DNA of 64,000 bases from Candidatus Bathyarchaeota archaeon (GTDB taxonomy: Archaea; Thermoproteota; Bathyarchaeia; Bathyarchaeales; Bathycorpusculaceae): assembly GCA_963733095.1 (NCBI GenBank), contig CAVTBV010000012.1, forward strand, positions 416,001 through 480,000, written 5' to 3'. The position numbers and the translations under genes were made by a program. The notes under the pieces are model-generated. The model did no database searches, was not told the DNA's origin, and saw nothing but the letters and a program-made list of their open reading frames with translations. Below are positions 48,370 to 58,559 of this stretch, in pieces (position 1 is the stretch's first letter; each line of letters starts with the position of its first letter).

Positions 48370-49550
48370 ATGAGCAAAATCCAAACAAATAGGTATACAT
48401 GTTTTCCTCTGAATCCGTAGGAGAGGGCCACCCAGATAAGGTTGCAGATCAAGTATCGGACAGCGTTGTTGATGCAATTGTTACCAAGGATCCTAAAGCC
48501 ATAGTGGATTGTGAAACATTGTTCATGCAGGGCAATGTCACACTCACAGGTCAAATCACAACTTCTTGTTACGTATCGATACCAAGCGTTGTCAGAAAGA
48601 CGCTGAAGGAAATAGGCTTTGATAATGCCAAGGATGGTTTGGACTGAGAAACCCGCGGTGTTCTTACATCTTTTAGAGCAGTCTCCAGACATTGCCATGG
48701 GCGTGAATGAAGGCAATGGACATGAGCAGGGTGCTGGAGATCAAGGTATGGTATTCGGTTATGCCTCGAACGAGACAGAAGAATTGATGCCCCTGCCTAT
48801 CGTGCTGGCGCACAAACTTGTTGCAATACTCTCAGAATGCCGTAAAAAAGAAATATTGCCCTATTTGCGACCGATGGCAAATCTCAGGTAACGGTTGAGT
48901 ATCTTAATGGAAAGCCAAGGCGGGTGGATGATGTCGTGATTGCTACTCAGCACACTCCAGAAATTGATGCAGCTAAGATGCGCGAAGACGTCATAAACCA
49001 GGTGATAAAGAAAGTCATATCTGCCAACCTGCTGGATTCAGAGACAAAGTACATAGTTAACGGGACAGAAAGATTTGTGGTCGGTGGAACACTGGCTGAC
49101 TCTGGCTTAACAGGGCGAAAAATCATCGTTGACACTTACGGTGGCGTCGGAAGGCATGGCGACGGGTGTTTCTCTGGAAAGGACCCTTTAAAAGTAGATC
49201 GAAGTGGCGCTTACAGGGCAAGGTACATCGCCAAAAACATTGTTGCTACATGCTTGGCAGATCAATGTGAGGTCCAAATATGTTACGCGTTAGGCGTTGC
49301 TCAACCAGTCTCAGTGATGGTGAGCACGTTTGGCACGGGCAAGATTCCTGAAGAGAAAATACTTGAGTTAGTAAAGAAGCATTTTGACATGCGCCCAAAA
49401 GCAATCATAGATCATTTGAATCTTCGAAGACCGATATACAGGAAAATTGCTGTGTTTGGGCACTTTGGAATTGAAGACACAGACTTTACCTGGGAACGAA
49501 TCGACAATGTAGAAATATTTAAAAGAAATCTGGAAACCGCCAGTTGCTAA
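48370..49550 (+). pseudogene. metK: Bacterial/eukaryotic-type S-adenosylmethionine synthetase, disrupted
   Basis: [47 protein letters not shown] split over three ORFs; in-frame TGA at 48645 and three frameshifts. Confidence 0.9.
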
Positions 49551-49630
49551 TAAAAAGGGCCATCTAAATATGCAGGTAGCCGTTGAGGTTTTATCCTCAA
49601 AGAGGGGGATAGATTCAATGACCGTATTTC

Positions 49631-49676
49631 GTTTATTTTATAAACGAAATCTATTAGTATAGTTTATTTATTATAA
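49631..49676 (+). promoter_or_regulatory. Paired operator/TATA element upstream of the ferredoxin unit
   Basis: GTTTATTTTATAAAC-gaaatcTATTAGTAta-GTTTATTTATTATAA; site 1 extends to the palindrome ATTTCGTTTA/TAAACGAAAT. Confidence 0.75.
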
Positions 49677-49699
49677 TATTATCGCGCATTGCATACGAG

Positions 49700-49885
49700 G
49701 TGGGCCTCATGAGAAAGTTAAGGTTAAGTAGTATTGATTCTCGTAATGGTGAAATGCATTTTATTCTGGAGGAATTTCAATCTTCTGAATATTCTGAGTA
49801 CTTCAAAGATTTTGATTTAGCTGAAATCAAGAGAATTTTAAGAAAAGAAGCAACTAAGCCACTTGCTTTATTTCGTGAAGAATAG
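49700..49885 (+). CDS. Small hypothetical protein
   Basis: ORF directly downstream of the promoter; GAGGTG upstream of ATG 49709. Confidence 0.45.
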   Translation: MGLMRKLRLSSIDSRNGEMHFILEEFQSSEYSEYFKDFDLAEIKRILRKEATKPLALFREE

Positions 49886-49920
49886 AATTCGCGCAGAGAT
49901 TGAGGAGGAAGATTGATATA

Positions 49921-50124
49921 ATGCCGAAGGTTGGGGTTGACTGGAAAAAGTGCAATGGATGTGGGACATGCGTTGATGCCTGTCCTATTTTGGTCTTCGA
50001 GCTTCAAGACATTCCAGATTATCCGGACTCAAAGAAATCTGTTCCCGTCAGAGCAGACGACTGTATTCTGTGCATGACCTGCGTGACCTCATGTCCTACT
50101 GGCGCAATAGCAGTGGAGGAATAG
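49921..50124 (+). CDS. 2[4Fe-4S] ferredoxin
   Basis: CNGCGTCVDACP and CILCMTCVTSCP; GAGGAGG RBS before ATG 49921. Confidence 0.92.
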   Translation: MPKVGVDWKKCNGCGTCVDACPILVFELQDIPDYPDSKKSVPVRADDCILCMTCVTSCPTGAIAVEE

Positions 50125-50221
50125 GACATTATGTCCGCCGTGAACAAACTTTCAAAGTAGGCGCGTTAAACTATGTGGGGTTGAGTGTATAGTAAAGAAC
50201 AGTAATGAAGCAAAAAATCCA

Positions 50222-50720
50222 TTGCGTATTGCACCTCATGCCCAAGGGTTTCATTTCTACAGAGCCGTTGGCTGTTGTATTGGCGTAACTTGTTGCAGCT
50301 TGGAGAAACTTGCTAAGACCATTAATGAAGTGTGTTCTGAAGTAATTCGTTTTCACTTTGAGCATGGCGATTTCCAGAATTGGATAAGAAATGTCCTAGG
50401 CGATGCTGAATTTGGCTCAAAGTATAGACGAGATAAAGATGTGTTCGCGCCAACTCTCAGCCGAACGCTGCAGGGAAGAACTTACGGAAAGATTACGCAT
50501 TCGCATTTTTCAGTTGGAAACAAATGAAGTTCCTCCTTTCTTTGGGGGCGGAGAAGAAAATAACCCCCATAAGTCCGTGTGGGCTAACAGAGTAAGTGAG
50601 GTCGAAGACGGTGTGATTGAGGCAGGAAATCAAGCAGTTGAAAAATATGAAAGACGACCAAAAGAAGGCGTGATGTTTATTGGCAGCGCCCATTTTAGAA
50701 TTGAGGTTGGAATGAATTGA
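50222..50720 (+). pseudogene. DUF5752-like protein with a frameshift near 50412
   Basis: GFHFY..SLE....EV..FH...GDFQNWIRNVLGDAE continues as LAQSIDEI in another frame. Confidence 0.6.
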
Positions 50721-51205
50721 CAAAAACAGACGATGTTTTACTTGAATTAAAAACGGCTTTTGTTGCGTTCCTGAATAGTTTTTTTCCCTTTGAATATAAA
50801 AACAAAACCTACCGTTTAGTCAACATTTATGTGGCATCACCTTGGATTAGATGCGATATATGCAGAAACTATCCGATACAGGATATTTCGGTAATAAGAA
50901 ACAGTGATGGTCAAGAAATGCGTTTGGGAAACAAATGCATAGACCTAATAACAAATCGCAAAGTGTCTGAATGGTTTAAGGAATTCAAGATAAAACGCGA
51001 CAATGTAACTTTGAACCGAAGATACATCGACGGTCTCGCTTCAATATTGGCCGCTTGCGGAAGAAGTGAACGTTCATTCCAGATACCAGCAAATGACATC
51101 GAAAAGTTGCAAAAGGCGTTAGAGCAGATGTGCAACGGGTTCAATCCCACTAGAGAACAAGAGCAACTAGCTGAATACTACATAAACATGAGTAGTTCCA
51201 TTTAG
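50717..51205 (+). CDS. Hypothetical protein with CxxC...C (possible Zn ribbon)
   Basis: RCDICRNYPI...LGNKC. Confidence 0.65.
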   Translation: MTKTDDVLLELKTAFVAFLNSFFPFEYKNKTYRLVNIYVASPWIRCDICRNYPIQDISVIRNSDGQEMRLGNKCIDLITNRKVSEWFKEFKIKRDNVTLNRRYIDGLASILAACGRSERSFQIPANDIEKLQKALEQMCNGFNPTREQEQLAEYYINMSSSI

Positions 51206-51284
51206 CGGTGTGCCTTAAAAACAGAAACAGCAAAATAGAATTAACCTAGCTATTAATCAAACTCAATTTGCCTGGTTGGAACAA

Positions 51285-51971
51285 ATGATTTGTAAACTGT
51301 TTGTTTTTCGGCATGCTGAAACGTTTGATAACAGTCACGGGGTATTCTCGGGCTGGCGTGACTCAGAACTAACTATGAAGGGGCTTTTGCAGGCGCAGGA
51401 AATCTGAACAACTCAAACGATACCGAATTGATTATGCTTTTACCTCGCATTTGAAGCGCGCCCGAAAAACCCTTGAAATCGTTCTCCAAGGTCGCCGGTC
51501 AGTTCCAGTTTTCACGGACGACCGGCTCATCGAACGTTGCTATGGCTTGCTCCAAGGTAAACATAAAAGAAAAATGGATCATGAAAATCCTGATTGGTAC
51601 GCTCAGATTCATCGAGGCTATGGTTTAGCTCCGCCCTAGGGGAGAGCTTGGAGATGGTTGAAAAACGGGTAATTCCGTTTCTAGAGCAGCTCAGAGAATG
51701 GCTCAATCAAACCCCAGGTAATGTGGCGATCTCTTGCCAAAATAATTCTATTTGTCCTTTCAGAAGGGTTTTTGAAAACTTGAGCATTGCCCAGATGTGC
51801 AAACTTGAGAGTCCACAGAATCGTGCAATAATCTACGAGATCCAGCAGGAACATTCGGGCATTGAAAGCCCAAGAGCTAGGGCAACCAAACTAAACTGGA
51901 AGAGTATTGTGATTCCACGAAAAGTGAAATTGGCAACAGATGCTCTAAACCTGTTAAAGATTTATTACTAA
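51285..51971 (+). pseudogene. Histidine phosphatase / dPGM (gpmA-like) with two frameshifts
   Basis: FRHAET..FSGWRDSELT / FTSHLKRA..LIERCYGLLQG / GESL in three frames; the second His is lost (ISCQNNS). Confidence 0.85.
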
Positions 51972-51999
51972 TAACACGTGTTCGAGACCTGACACATTT

Positions 52000-52045
52000 G
52001 TTTGTTTTCTAAACAAAAAGTATTAATGTTATTTATCTAATAAAC
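52000..52045 (+). promoter_or_regulatory. Paired operator/TATA element upstream of the mrp operon
   Basis: GTTTGTTTTCTAAAC-aaaaagTATTAATGtt-ATTTATCTAATAAAC. Confidence 0.7.
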
Positions 52046-52070
52046 TATATCCGTATTAGACGGTGAAAAA

Positions 52071-53009
52071 TTGACAAATATAACGAAGCAGGTAAACGTC
52101 ACCGAGGAATGCGGCGGAAAATGCGGTTCATGCTCAACATCTGATGGTTGCAACGATCAAAGAAAGCAACAGTATGAACAAGAACAGAAACTAAAATTGA
52201 GCCTGGGCAAAATTAAGTATAAAATAGCAGTTATCAGCGGCAAGGGTGGCGTTGGCAAGAGCACCGTAACTGCGAATCTGGCCATGGCTTTCGCAATGAA
52301 TGGACACAAAGATGCAGTCGGTGTTCTCGACGCTGATATTCATGGTCCGTGTATTCCAAAAATGTTAGGTCTCAAAGGACAAACGTTGATAGGTGGTCCC
52401 GGTGGAATGTTGTTTCCAGTTGTTGGCAAACTGGGAATAAAAGTTGTCTCAATGGATTTTCTATTACCAAACGACGAAGCGCCAGTTATTTGGCGTGGTC
52501 CACTGAAAATGAGAGTTATTCAGCAATTCTTATCTGATGTAACGTGGGGTGACCTTGACTATTTGCTAGTGGATCTTCCGCCTGGAACTGGCGATGAACC
52601 GCTAAGCGTTATGCAGTTGATACCGAATCTGGATGGCGTTGTTATAGTTACGATGCCGTCAGAGGTGTCTGAAGCGGTTGTTAAGAAATCTGTTTCGTTC
52701 GCTAAGCAAGTTGGCGTTCCTGTAATTGGCGTAATTGAGAACATGAGTGGGTTTATCTGTCCTGAATGCGGAGCCAAAGTGGATGTTTTCAAAGCCGGTG
52801 GCGGAAAAAGAATAGCTGAAAATATGACTATTCCTTATCTGGGTTCTATACCTTTAGATCCCAAGATTTGTAATGACTCTGATAGTGGATTATCTTTTAT
52901 AGTTGAAAACAGAACTTCGCCTGCAACTAAAGCTTTCTTGGAAATTGTCAAGAAGATTGATCAATTCTTAGAAAATACAGATCCTAATCATGAGGAGATA
53001 AAAAAATGA
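52071..53009 (+). CDS. mrp: Mrp/Nbp35 Fe-S carrier ATPase
   Basis: N-terminal CxxxCxxC..C, SGKGGVGKS, DADIHGP, WRGP, DLPPGTGD, ENMS..CPEC. Confidence 0.93.
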   Translation: MTNITKQVNVTEECGGKCGSCSTSDGCNDQRKQQYEQEQKLKLSLGKIKYKIAVISGKGGVGKSTVTANLAMAFAMNGHKDAVGVLDADIHGPCIPKMLGLKGQTLIGGPGGMLFPVVGKLGIKVVSMDFLLPNDEAPVIWRGPLKMRVIQQFLSDVTWGDLDYLLVDLPPGTGDEPLSVMQLIPNLDGVVIVTMPSEVSEAVVKKSVSFAKQVGVPVIGVIENMSGFICPECGAKVDVFKAGGGKRIAENMTIPYLGSIPLDPKICNDSDSGLSFIVENRTSPATKAFLEIVKKIDQFLENTDPNHEEIKK

Positions 53010-53401
53010 AAATATGTGTTAGTGCAACAGGCAGCAATTTGGAAGCACAGTTAGACCCTCGCTTCGGCAGATGCCTCTACCTTATAGTTGTGGATTCTGA
53101 AACAATGCAGTTTGAAGCCATTCCAAACATGGCCGCAGGCGCAACAGGCGGAGCAGGAATTCAAGCAGCTCAAGTCATAGCCGACAAGGGTGTCAAGGTG
53201 GTTATAACCGGAAATGTTGGACCCAACGCCTTCGGGGCGTTATCAACTGCTGGCATAGAAATTGTGACCGGAGCCTCTGGGGTCGTCAAAGAAGTGGTCG
53301 AGAAGTTCAAGAAAGGCGAGTTAGGAAAAACTGGCGTGCCTACCGTTGGCGGACATTTCGGAGAAGGCAGAAGACAAAGGGGAGGTATATGGAAGCTTTG
53401 A
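53006..53401 (+). CDS. NifB/NifX-family (orange-protein-like) protein
   Basis: DPRFGRC, GAGIQAAQ, TGNVGPNA, Gly-rich tail. Confidence 0.9.
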   Translation: MKICVSATGSNLEAQLDPRFGRCLYLIVVDSETMQFEAIPNMAAGATGGAGIQAAQVIADKGVKVVITGNVGPNAFGALSTAGIEIVTGASGVVKEVVEKFKKGELGKTGVPTVGGHFGEGRRQRGGIWKL

Positions 53402-53456
53402 CCACCCTAAACCAAGAATCCACTAAATCAGGTTTACTCGCAAAGGAGGTGAATAG

Positions 53457-53861
53457 TTGACAGACAAAGTAATAGTTCCTACAGAAGATCAACAAGGCTT
53501 GAACGCTCGAATAGCCGAGCACTTTGGAAGAGCACCCTACTACACAATTATTGAACTTGAAGAAAATGGAGAAGTATCAAACGTCAAAACTGTTCCAAAC
53601 GTTGGCGAACACGCAGGCGGGACGGGACTGTCTCACGATAACATTCTGGAGCACAAACCAACAGCACTCATCGTCTATGGTATGGGACCTAAAGGATTGA
53701 CATCTTTCCAAGACGCAGGAGTTGCAGTTTTGAAAGCAAACGCAGATACAGTTAGCGAAGTCATCTCGGCGTACAAAAACGATTCACTCATAGAGCTTAC
53801 AGAAGGCTGTGAAAATGCACACCACAAAGATGAACACCACACGCATGAACACCATCATTGA
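53457..53861 (+). CDS. NifB/NifX-family protein with His-rich tail
   Basis: HFGRAPYY, GMGP, C-terminus CENAHHKDEHHTHEHHH. Confidence 0.9.
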   Translation: MTDKVIVPTEDQQGLNARIAEHFGRAPYYTIIELEENGEVSNVKTVPNVGEHAGGTGLSHDNILEHKPTALIVYGMGPKGLTSFQDAGVAVLKANADTVSEVISAYKNDSLIELTEGCENAHHKDEHHTHEHHH

Positions 53862-53994
53862 CAAAAAGGCAAATTAGTGTGAAAAAAATGTTGAGATACC
53901 TCTCAGAAGAAGAATTGAGGCTGATGCTAGAGTCAGCTACTCTAAGAAAGCTATCTTTCAATTTTTTCTTAATTAAATTCAGGCGGATAAGTAA

Positions 53995-54831
53995 ATGATT
54001 GTGTCTGTTGCTAGTGGAAAAGGTGGAACGGGAAAAACATCGGTAGCGGTAAACATGGCTCTTTCAGTAGGCAACATCCAACTTTTGGACTGCGACGTTG
54101 AGGAACCTAACGCATATCTGCTATTACACCCAGAAATCAATAAAAAGGAACCAGTTCACACTTCAATTCCAAAAGTAGATAGAGAACTTTGCAATACATG
54201 CGGCGAATGCACAAAATTCTGCCAGTTCAACGCTATATTTGTCGCTTCTGAGAAAATTCTTGTTTTCCCAGAGCTTTGTCACAGCTGCGGCGGATGCGCT
54301 ATGATCTGCCCAAAAAAAGCGATCACGTGGGAAAAGCACAAAATCGGTACGCTAAACTTTGGCGCCAATGACGGAGTAGACCTTGTTTATGGGGAGCTTG
54401 ACGTAAGCAAGCCTCTGGCGGTTCCAGTCATAAAAGCGGTTAAAAAACAGATTAAAGAGACCCAAAATGTAATCCTTGATTGCCCACCTGGAACCTCCTG
54501 TCCATTTGTGGAAACTGTAAGTGATAGCGACTTCTGTTTGTTGGTAACGGAACCTACTCCTTTTGGTTTGCACGACTTGAAGATAGCAGTTGAGGTCTTG
54601 CGCAAAGTCGGGGTTCCTTTAGGTGTTGTCGTTAACCGTGCAGGCATAGGCGACAAAAAAGTGTATGAATACTGCACCAAAGAGAACATTCCTATTCTAC
54701 TGGAAATTCCATATGAAAGAAGAATAGCTGAACTCTACTCTAAAGGGGTTCCATTTAGCTTGGAAATGCCTGAATGGGCAGAAAAATTTCAAACACTCTA
54801 CAATGAAGTCGAGGAGTTGGTCAGAGAATGA
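53995..54831 (+). CDS. MinD-superfamily ATPase with inserted ferredoxin (COG1149-like)
   Basis: [17 protein letters not shown], two CxxCxxC motifs, PPGTSCP, EPTPFGLHDL. Confidence 0.9.
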   Translation: MIVSVASGKGGTGKTSVAVNMALSVGNIQLLDCDVEEPNAYLLLHPEINKKEPVHTSIPKVDRELCNTCGECTKFCQFNAIFVASEKILVFPELCHSCGGCAMICPKKAITWEKHKIGTLNFGANDGVDLVYGELDVSKPLAVPVIKAVKKQIKETQNVILDCPPGTSCPFVETVSDSDFCLLVTEPTPFGLHDLKIAVEVLRKVGVPLGVVVNRAGIGDKKVYEYCTKENIPILLEIPYERRIAELYSKGVPFSLEMPEWAEKFQTLYNEVEELVRE

Positions 54832-55709
54832 AGCAGTTAACAATTTTAAGTGGAAAGGGTGGTACAGGCAAAACATCGATAACTGCTTCTTTTGCAGTCC
54901 TAGCGAAAAACGCCGTGGTTGCAGACTGCGATGTGGATGCTCCTGACCTACACATGTTATTGCACCCTGAAATAAAAAAAGCCCAGGAGTTCATAGGCTC
55001 AAAATTAGCGGTTATTGACAAAACAAAATGTATCAAATGTGGTTCATGCCGAGAAAAATGCAATTTTGGCGCAATAAACAGCGATTTAGAAATTGTCGCT
55101 ATTTCATGTGAGGGATGTGGTGTCTGCAAAGTAGCTTGCCCAGTTGAAGCCATAACTTTGGCTCCTAGAGTTTCAGGGAAAGCCTTTATTTCAAAGACTA
55201 AATACGGTTCCATGTCACACGCCCTGCTTAATCCAGGTGAATCCAATTCAGGAAAACTCGTAACTTTAGTTCGGCAAAACGCTAAAATATTAGCTGAAAA
55301 AGAAAAACATGACCTAATCATTATCGACGGCTCGCCTGGAATCGGTTGCCCTGTAATAGCTTCCATAACAGGAGTAGATGCAGCATTAGTAGTTACAGAG
55401 CCGACAATGTCAGGAATCCATGACCTTGAAAGAGTCCTAAAATTGCTGGATCACTTCAATGTCTTTGGGTTTGTTTGCATAAATATGTATGACATAAATG
55501 TAGGCAATACAAAAAAGATTTTGAGCTTCTGCAAAGAAAACAAAACAGAAGTTGTTGGCTGCATTCCCTTTAGCCCTGAAGTTACTCAGGCAATGGTTAA
55601 TGGGAAAACAATTGTTGAATACGCTCCTAAGGGTGGGGTATCGGAAGAAATAAAGAACATGTGGAACAAAATGAGACAATTTTTAAGTGTTGAAAACTAT
55701 GATACCTAA
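54828..55709 (+). CDS. Second COG1149-like ATPase-ferredoxin
   Basis: [48 protein letters not shown]. Confidence 0.9.
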   Translation: MKQLTILSGKGGTGKTSITASFAVLAKNAVVADCDVDAPDLHMLLHPEIKKAQEFIGSKLAVIDKTKCIKCGSCREKCNFGAINSDLEIVAISCEGCGVCKVACPVEAITLAPRVSGKAFISKTKYGSMSHALLNPGESNSGKLVTLVRQNAKILAEKEKHDLIIIDGSPGIGCPVIASITGVDAALVVTEPTMSGIHDLERVLKLLDHFNVFGFVCINMYDINVGNTKKILSFCKENKTEVVGCIPFSPEVTQAMVNGKTIVEYAPKGGVSEEIKNMWNKMRQFLSVENYDT

Positions 55710-56247
55710 ATTTTTTTTTCTGACAAAGGGTGTCGGCAAACACAGAGACCAGTTGCAGTCTTTTGAGCTTGCGTTAAGAGATGCAGGCATCCAGTATTGC
55801 AACCTTGTGAATGTTTCAAGCATAGTTCCCGCAGGATGCAAAATGATTTCGCGTGAACTAGGTTTAAAGATGTTGCAGCCCGGAGAAATCACCTATGTGG
55901 TTCTGGATAGAAACTCTGCTATGGAACCACATAGATTGCTTGCATCTTCTATCGGTGTCGCCATCCCGTCGGAGAAAAACCAGTACGGCTATCTCAGTGA
56001 ACACCACTCCTTTGGGCAAACGGATGAAGCTGCAGGGGAGTATGCAGAAGACCTAGCCGCTACTATGTTAGCTACTACTATGGGTATCCAGTTTGACCCT
56101 GAAACAGCATGGGATGAGCGTAAACAACTTTTCAAAACCACGGGGCTAATTATAAAGACAGCCAATATAACACAGTCAGCTACTGGAGACAAGAATGGTT
56201 TATGGACAACTACTGTGGCAGCCGCTGTTTTTGTATCCATGAAATAA
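55699..56247 (+). CDS. pdaD: Pyruvoyl-dependent arginine decarboxylase
   Basis: [11 protein letters not shown]...NLVNVS^SIVP cleavage site, YGYLSEH. Confidence 0.92.
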   Translation: MIPKFFFLTKGVGKHRDQLQSFELALRDAGIQYCNLVNVSSIVPAGCKMISRELGLKMLQPGEITYVVLDRNSAMEPHRLLASSIGVAIPSEKNQYGYLSEHHSFGQTDEAAGEYAEDLAATMLATTMGIQFDPETAWDERKQLFKTTGLIIKTANITQSATGDKNGLWTTTVAAAVFVSMK

Positions 56248-56298
56248 TAGCCCATGTAAAGCTTTCTGTCGCCAAAATGGAGTTGGAGCCTGACTAAT

Positions 56299-57255
56299 TT
56301 GCCTAATCCAATGCCCCTAGCTTTTGGTCCTGTTCCATCCAGACGTTTGGGTAAAAGCCTAGGAATAAATAACATTCGACCAAAAGTGTGCAACTATTCA
56401 TGCCTCTACTGTCAACTAGGAAAAACCAGCAAGAATTTTGTTGAACGCCAAGTTTTCTACCAGCCATGCGACATTGCGAAAGAAGTCCAGCGAAAAGTTG
56501 CCAATGCCGCCAAGCGGAATGAGCAAATTGATTATCTTACTTTTGTATCGGATGGAGAGCCCACTCTAGATGTTAACATAGGTGAAGAAATATCGTTTCT
56601 AAGGCGAATGGGTATTCCTATAGCTGTCTTAACTAACGCTTCTGTGCTTTGGTCTAACGATGTTAGGCAAGATTTGCTAAAGTCTGATTATGTTTCTTTA
56701 AAGGTAGATGCTGTCAGCAACGCTTTGTGGAGAAAGATTGACAGACCCCATAAAGACTTAGAAGTAAGTTCGATTCTGACGGGCATCCAAGATTTTGCAG
56801 AGGCATTTAAGGGAACGATTGTAACTGAAACTATGCTTCTAGATGATATCGATTACAGAAACGAATTTGAAGGAATAGCAATTTTTTTGGCAAGTTTGAA
56901 AAAACTAAATAGAGCATATATTGCGGTTCCGACTAGACCGCCATCAGAGACTTGGGTTAAACCTGCCCGAGAAAAGGTTGTAAATGTTGCCTTTCAGGTT
57001 TTTTCCGAAAAGCTTGGAGTCGACAGGGTTGAGTGCTTGATTGGTTATGAGGGGAATGCGTTTGCTTTTACTGGGGATGTTGAAGAAGATTTGTTGAGCA
57101 TGATGGCTGTGCATCCTATGCGTGAGGAAGCGGTCAAGGAGTTCTTGGTTAAAGCAAATTCTAACTGGCAAATTATTGAGAAACTTTTGACTGCCGATAA
57201 ACTTGTAGAGTTGATGTATATAGGAAACAGGTACTATATGCAAAAACTGGCTTAG
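56299..57255 (+). CDS. Radical SAM protein (COG0731-like)
   Basis: FGPVPSRRLGKSLG, CNYSCLYCQLG, GEPTL, TRPP, HPMR. Confidence 0.9.
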   Translation: MPNPMPLAFGPVPSRRLGKSLGINNIRPKVCNYSCLYCQLGKTSKNFVERQVFYQPCDIAKEVQRKVANAAKRNEQIDYLTFVSDGEPTLDVNIGEEISFLRRMGIPIAVLTNASVLWSNDVRQDLLKSDYVSLKVDAVSNALWRKIDRPHKDLEVSSILTGIQDFAEAFKGTIVTETMLLDDIDYRNEFEGIAIFLASLKKLNRAYIAVPTRPPSETWVKPAREKVVNVAFQVFSEKLGVDRVECLIGYEGNAFAFTGDVEEDLLSMMAVHPMREEAVKEFLVKANSNWQIIEKLLTADKLVELMYIGNRYYMQKLA

Positions 57256-57267
57256 GATTGATGACAT

Positions 57268-57855
57268 GTGAAAGTGCATCTTGAATGTATTCCTTGCTTG
57301 TTAAGGCAGGCGTTAGAGGCAACAAAACTAAGTTCTACTTATTTAGCCACACAGGAGCGTGCTCTTAGAGAAGTAATGGATTATCTTTCGAATGTGCAAT
57401 GGGATAATGCTACGCCTGAGCTTGCCACATGCATGCATAGGCTTATTAAAAGAGTTACAGGGAACGCTGATCCGTATAACCTGTTAAAGGAGAAATACAA
57501 TTGTACTGCTTTGGGGCTTTATCCAAAACTTGCAGCTTTTGTTGAAGCTTCGGAAGATCCGTTATTAACTGCGGCTAAGTTAGCGATTGCTGGCAACATA
57601 ATAGATTTTGGTCCAAAAATGGAGATCAACTTAGAAAAAGGCATTGCGGAAGTATTAAGAAGTGACCTTGCAATAAACGATGTGGATAAACTGAAAGAGT
57701 CACTTCTTGGATCTAAGGTGGTGTTGTATCTTGCTGATAATGCAGGAGAATCAGTTTTTGATACTACAGGAATTGCTGTTCAAGATGCTGTAACAGCTAA
57801 ACTTGTCTACACGAAAGCTTTGCAGAAAAAGCGTGGCTCATTCATAAAAATGTAG
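57268..57855 (+). pseudogene. Chimera of an ARMT1/DUF89 phosphatase N-terminus and an alanine dehydrogenase/ornithine cyclodeaminase C-terminus
   Basis: ECIPC, DPY, AIAGNIIDFG, YLADNAGE, then VFDTTGIAVQDAVTAKLVY.KAL. Confidence 0.8.
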
Positions 57856-57968
57856 ATTACTATTAAAAAAAATAAAGGGAACTAACATGTTAAATTCCTT
57901 GCTAATTAACCCTTGGGGGAACAGAAGAAACCGATGTCTACGTCATTTTCAAAAGCTGTTTTTATTGG

Positions 57969-58079
57969 TCAATGTGAATGATGATAATGTTGCTCGTGGT
58001 TTTTTATGTGGTCTTCGAGTTTGTCAATGTGTTCTTTCAAATCCTTTATCTCTGATTTGACTTCATCAACTTCACTCAT
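57969..58079 (-). CDS. 36-aa His-rich coiled-coil microprotein (not in the ORF track)
   Basis: MSEVDEVKSEIKDLKEHIDKLEDHIKNHEQHYHHSH; TTATAT about 30 nt upstream. Confidence 0.6.
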   Translation of the reverse strand: MSEVDEVKSEIKDLKEHIDKLEDHIKNHEQHYHHSH

Positions 58080-58219
58080 TTTAACGCCGAATAAGTTCGA
58101 GATGCTTCCAATATAAGAAAGTTTTCTTTCTTGTTATGCCCTTAAGGAAATAGAGGAAAGAATTGATAGTCTGTAGGGATTAAGGGTTCTATGGTTCAAC
58201 TTACCTCAACTAGATGATT

Positions 58220-58489
58220 TTACATGTACATAGGGCAAATGTACTCGCCTTTTTCTAAATACTCCAAAGCTTTCGCTTCCTCAATCTGCCGTTTACGCTC
58301 CTTTTCTTCTGCAAGCCTGATGGTATCACATTTTTCTGCTATCAAAGCTTTAATGGCTTCTTTATTATTTTTTAGATCAAAATGTTTTTTCAGTAGTTCG
58401 AGATTTTCAAAGTCAGCTTCTTCAAAATCTATCATTTCTACTAGCTTTCCGCCCTCTTGCGAGAATTTATCTTTAAGCGCTTTTTTCAC
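58220..58489 (-). CDS. Hypothetical charged helical protein
   Basis: ORF with GAGGAGG adjacent to the start; same strand as the prx unit. Confidence 0.55.
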   Translation of the reverse strand: MKKALKDKFSQEGGKLVEMIDFEEADFENLELLKKHFDLKNNKEAIKALIAEKCDTIRLAEEKERKRQIEEAKALEYLEKGEYICPMYM

Positions 58490-58559
58490 CTCCTCACTTC
58501 TGAAGATAAAAAGGCGTGACTAAGGACGCCTTTCTAAGTATCCGTACACGGTCTCGCTA

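Noticed and set aside
48645-48647. TGA in metK as selenocysteine or recoding
   Set aside because: The gene also has several frameshifts and degenerate motifs; simple pseudogenisation explains it better.
53006-53861. Nitrogen fixation genes
   Set aside because: NifX-like domains occur widely without nitrogenase; no nifHDK in the window.
53879-53998. 39-codon ORF between nifX-2 and the first ATPase
   Set aside because: No motif or other support; it may be spurious or a remnant.
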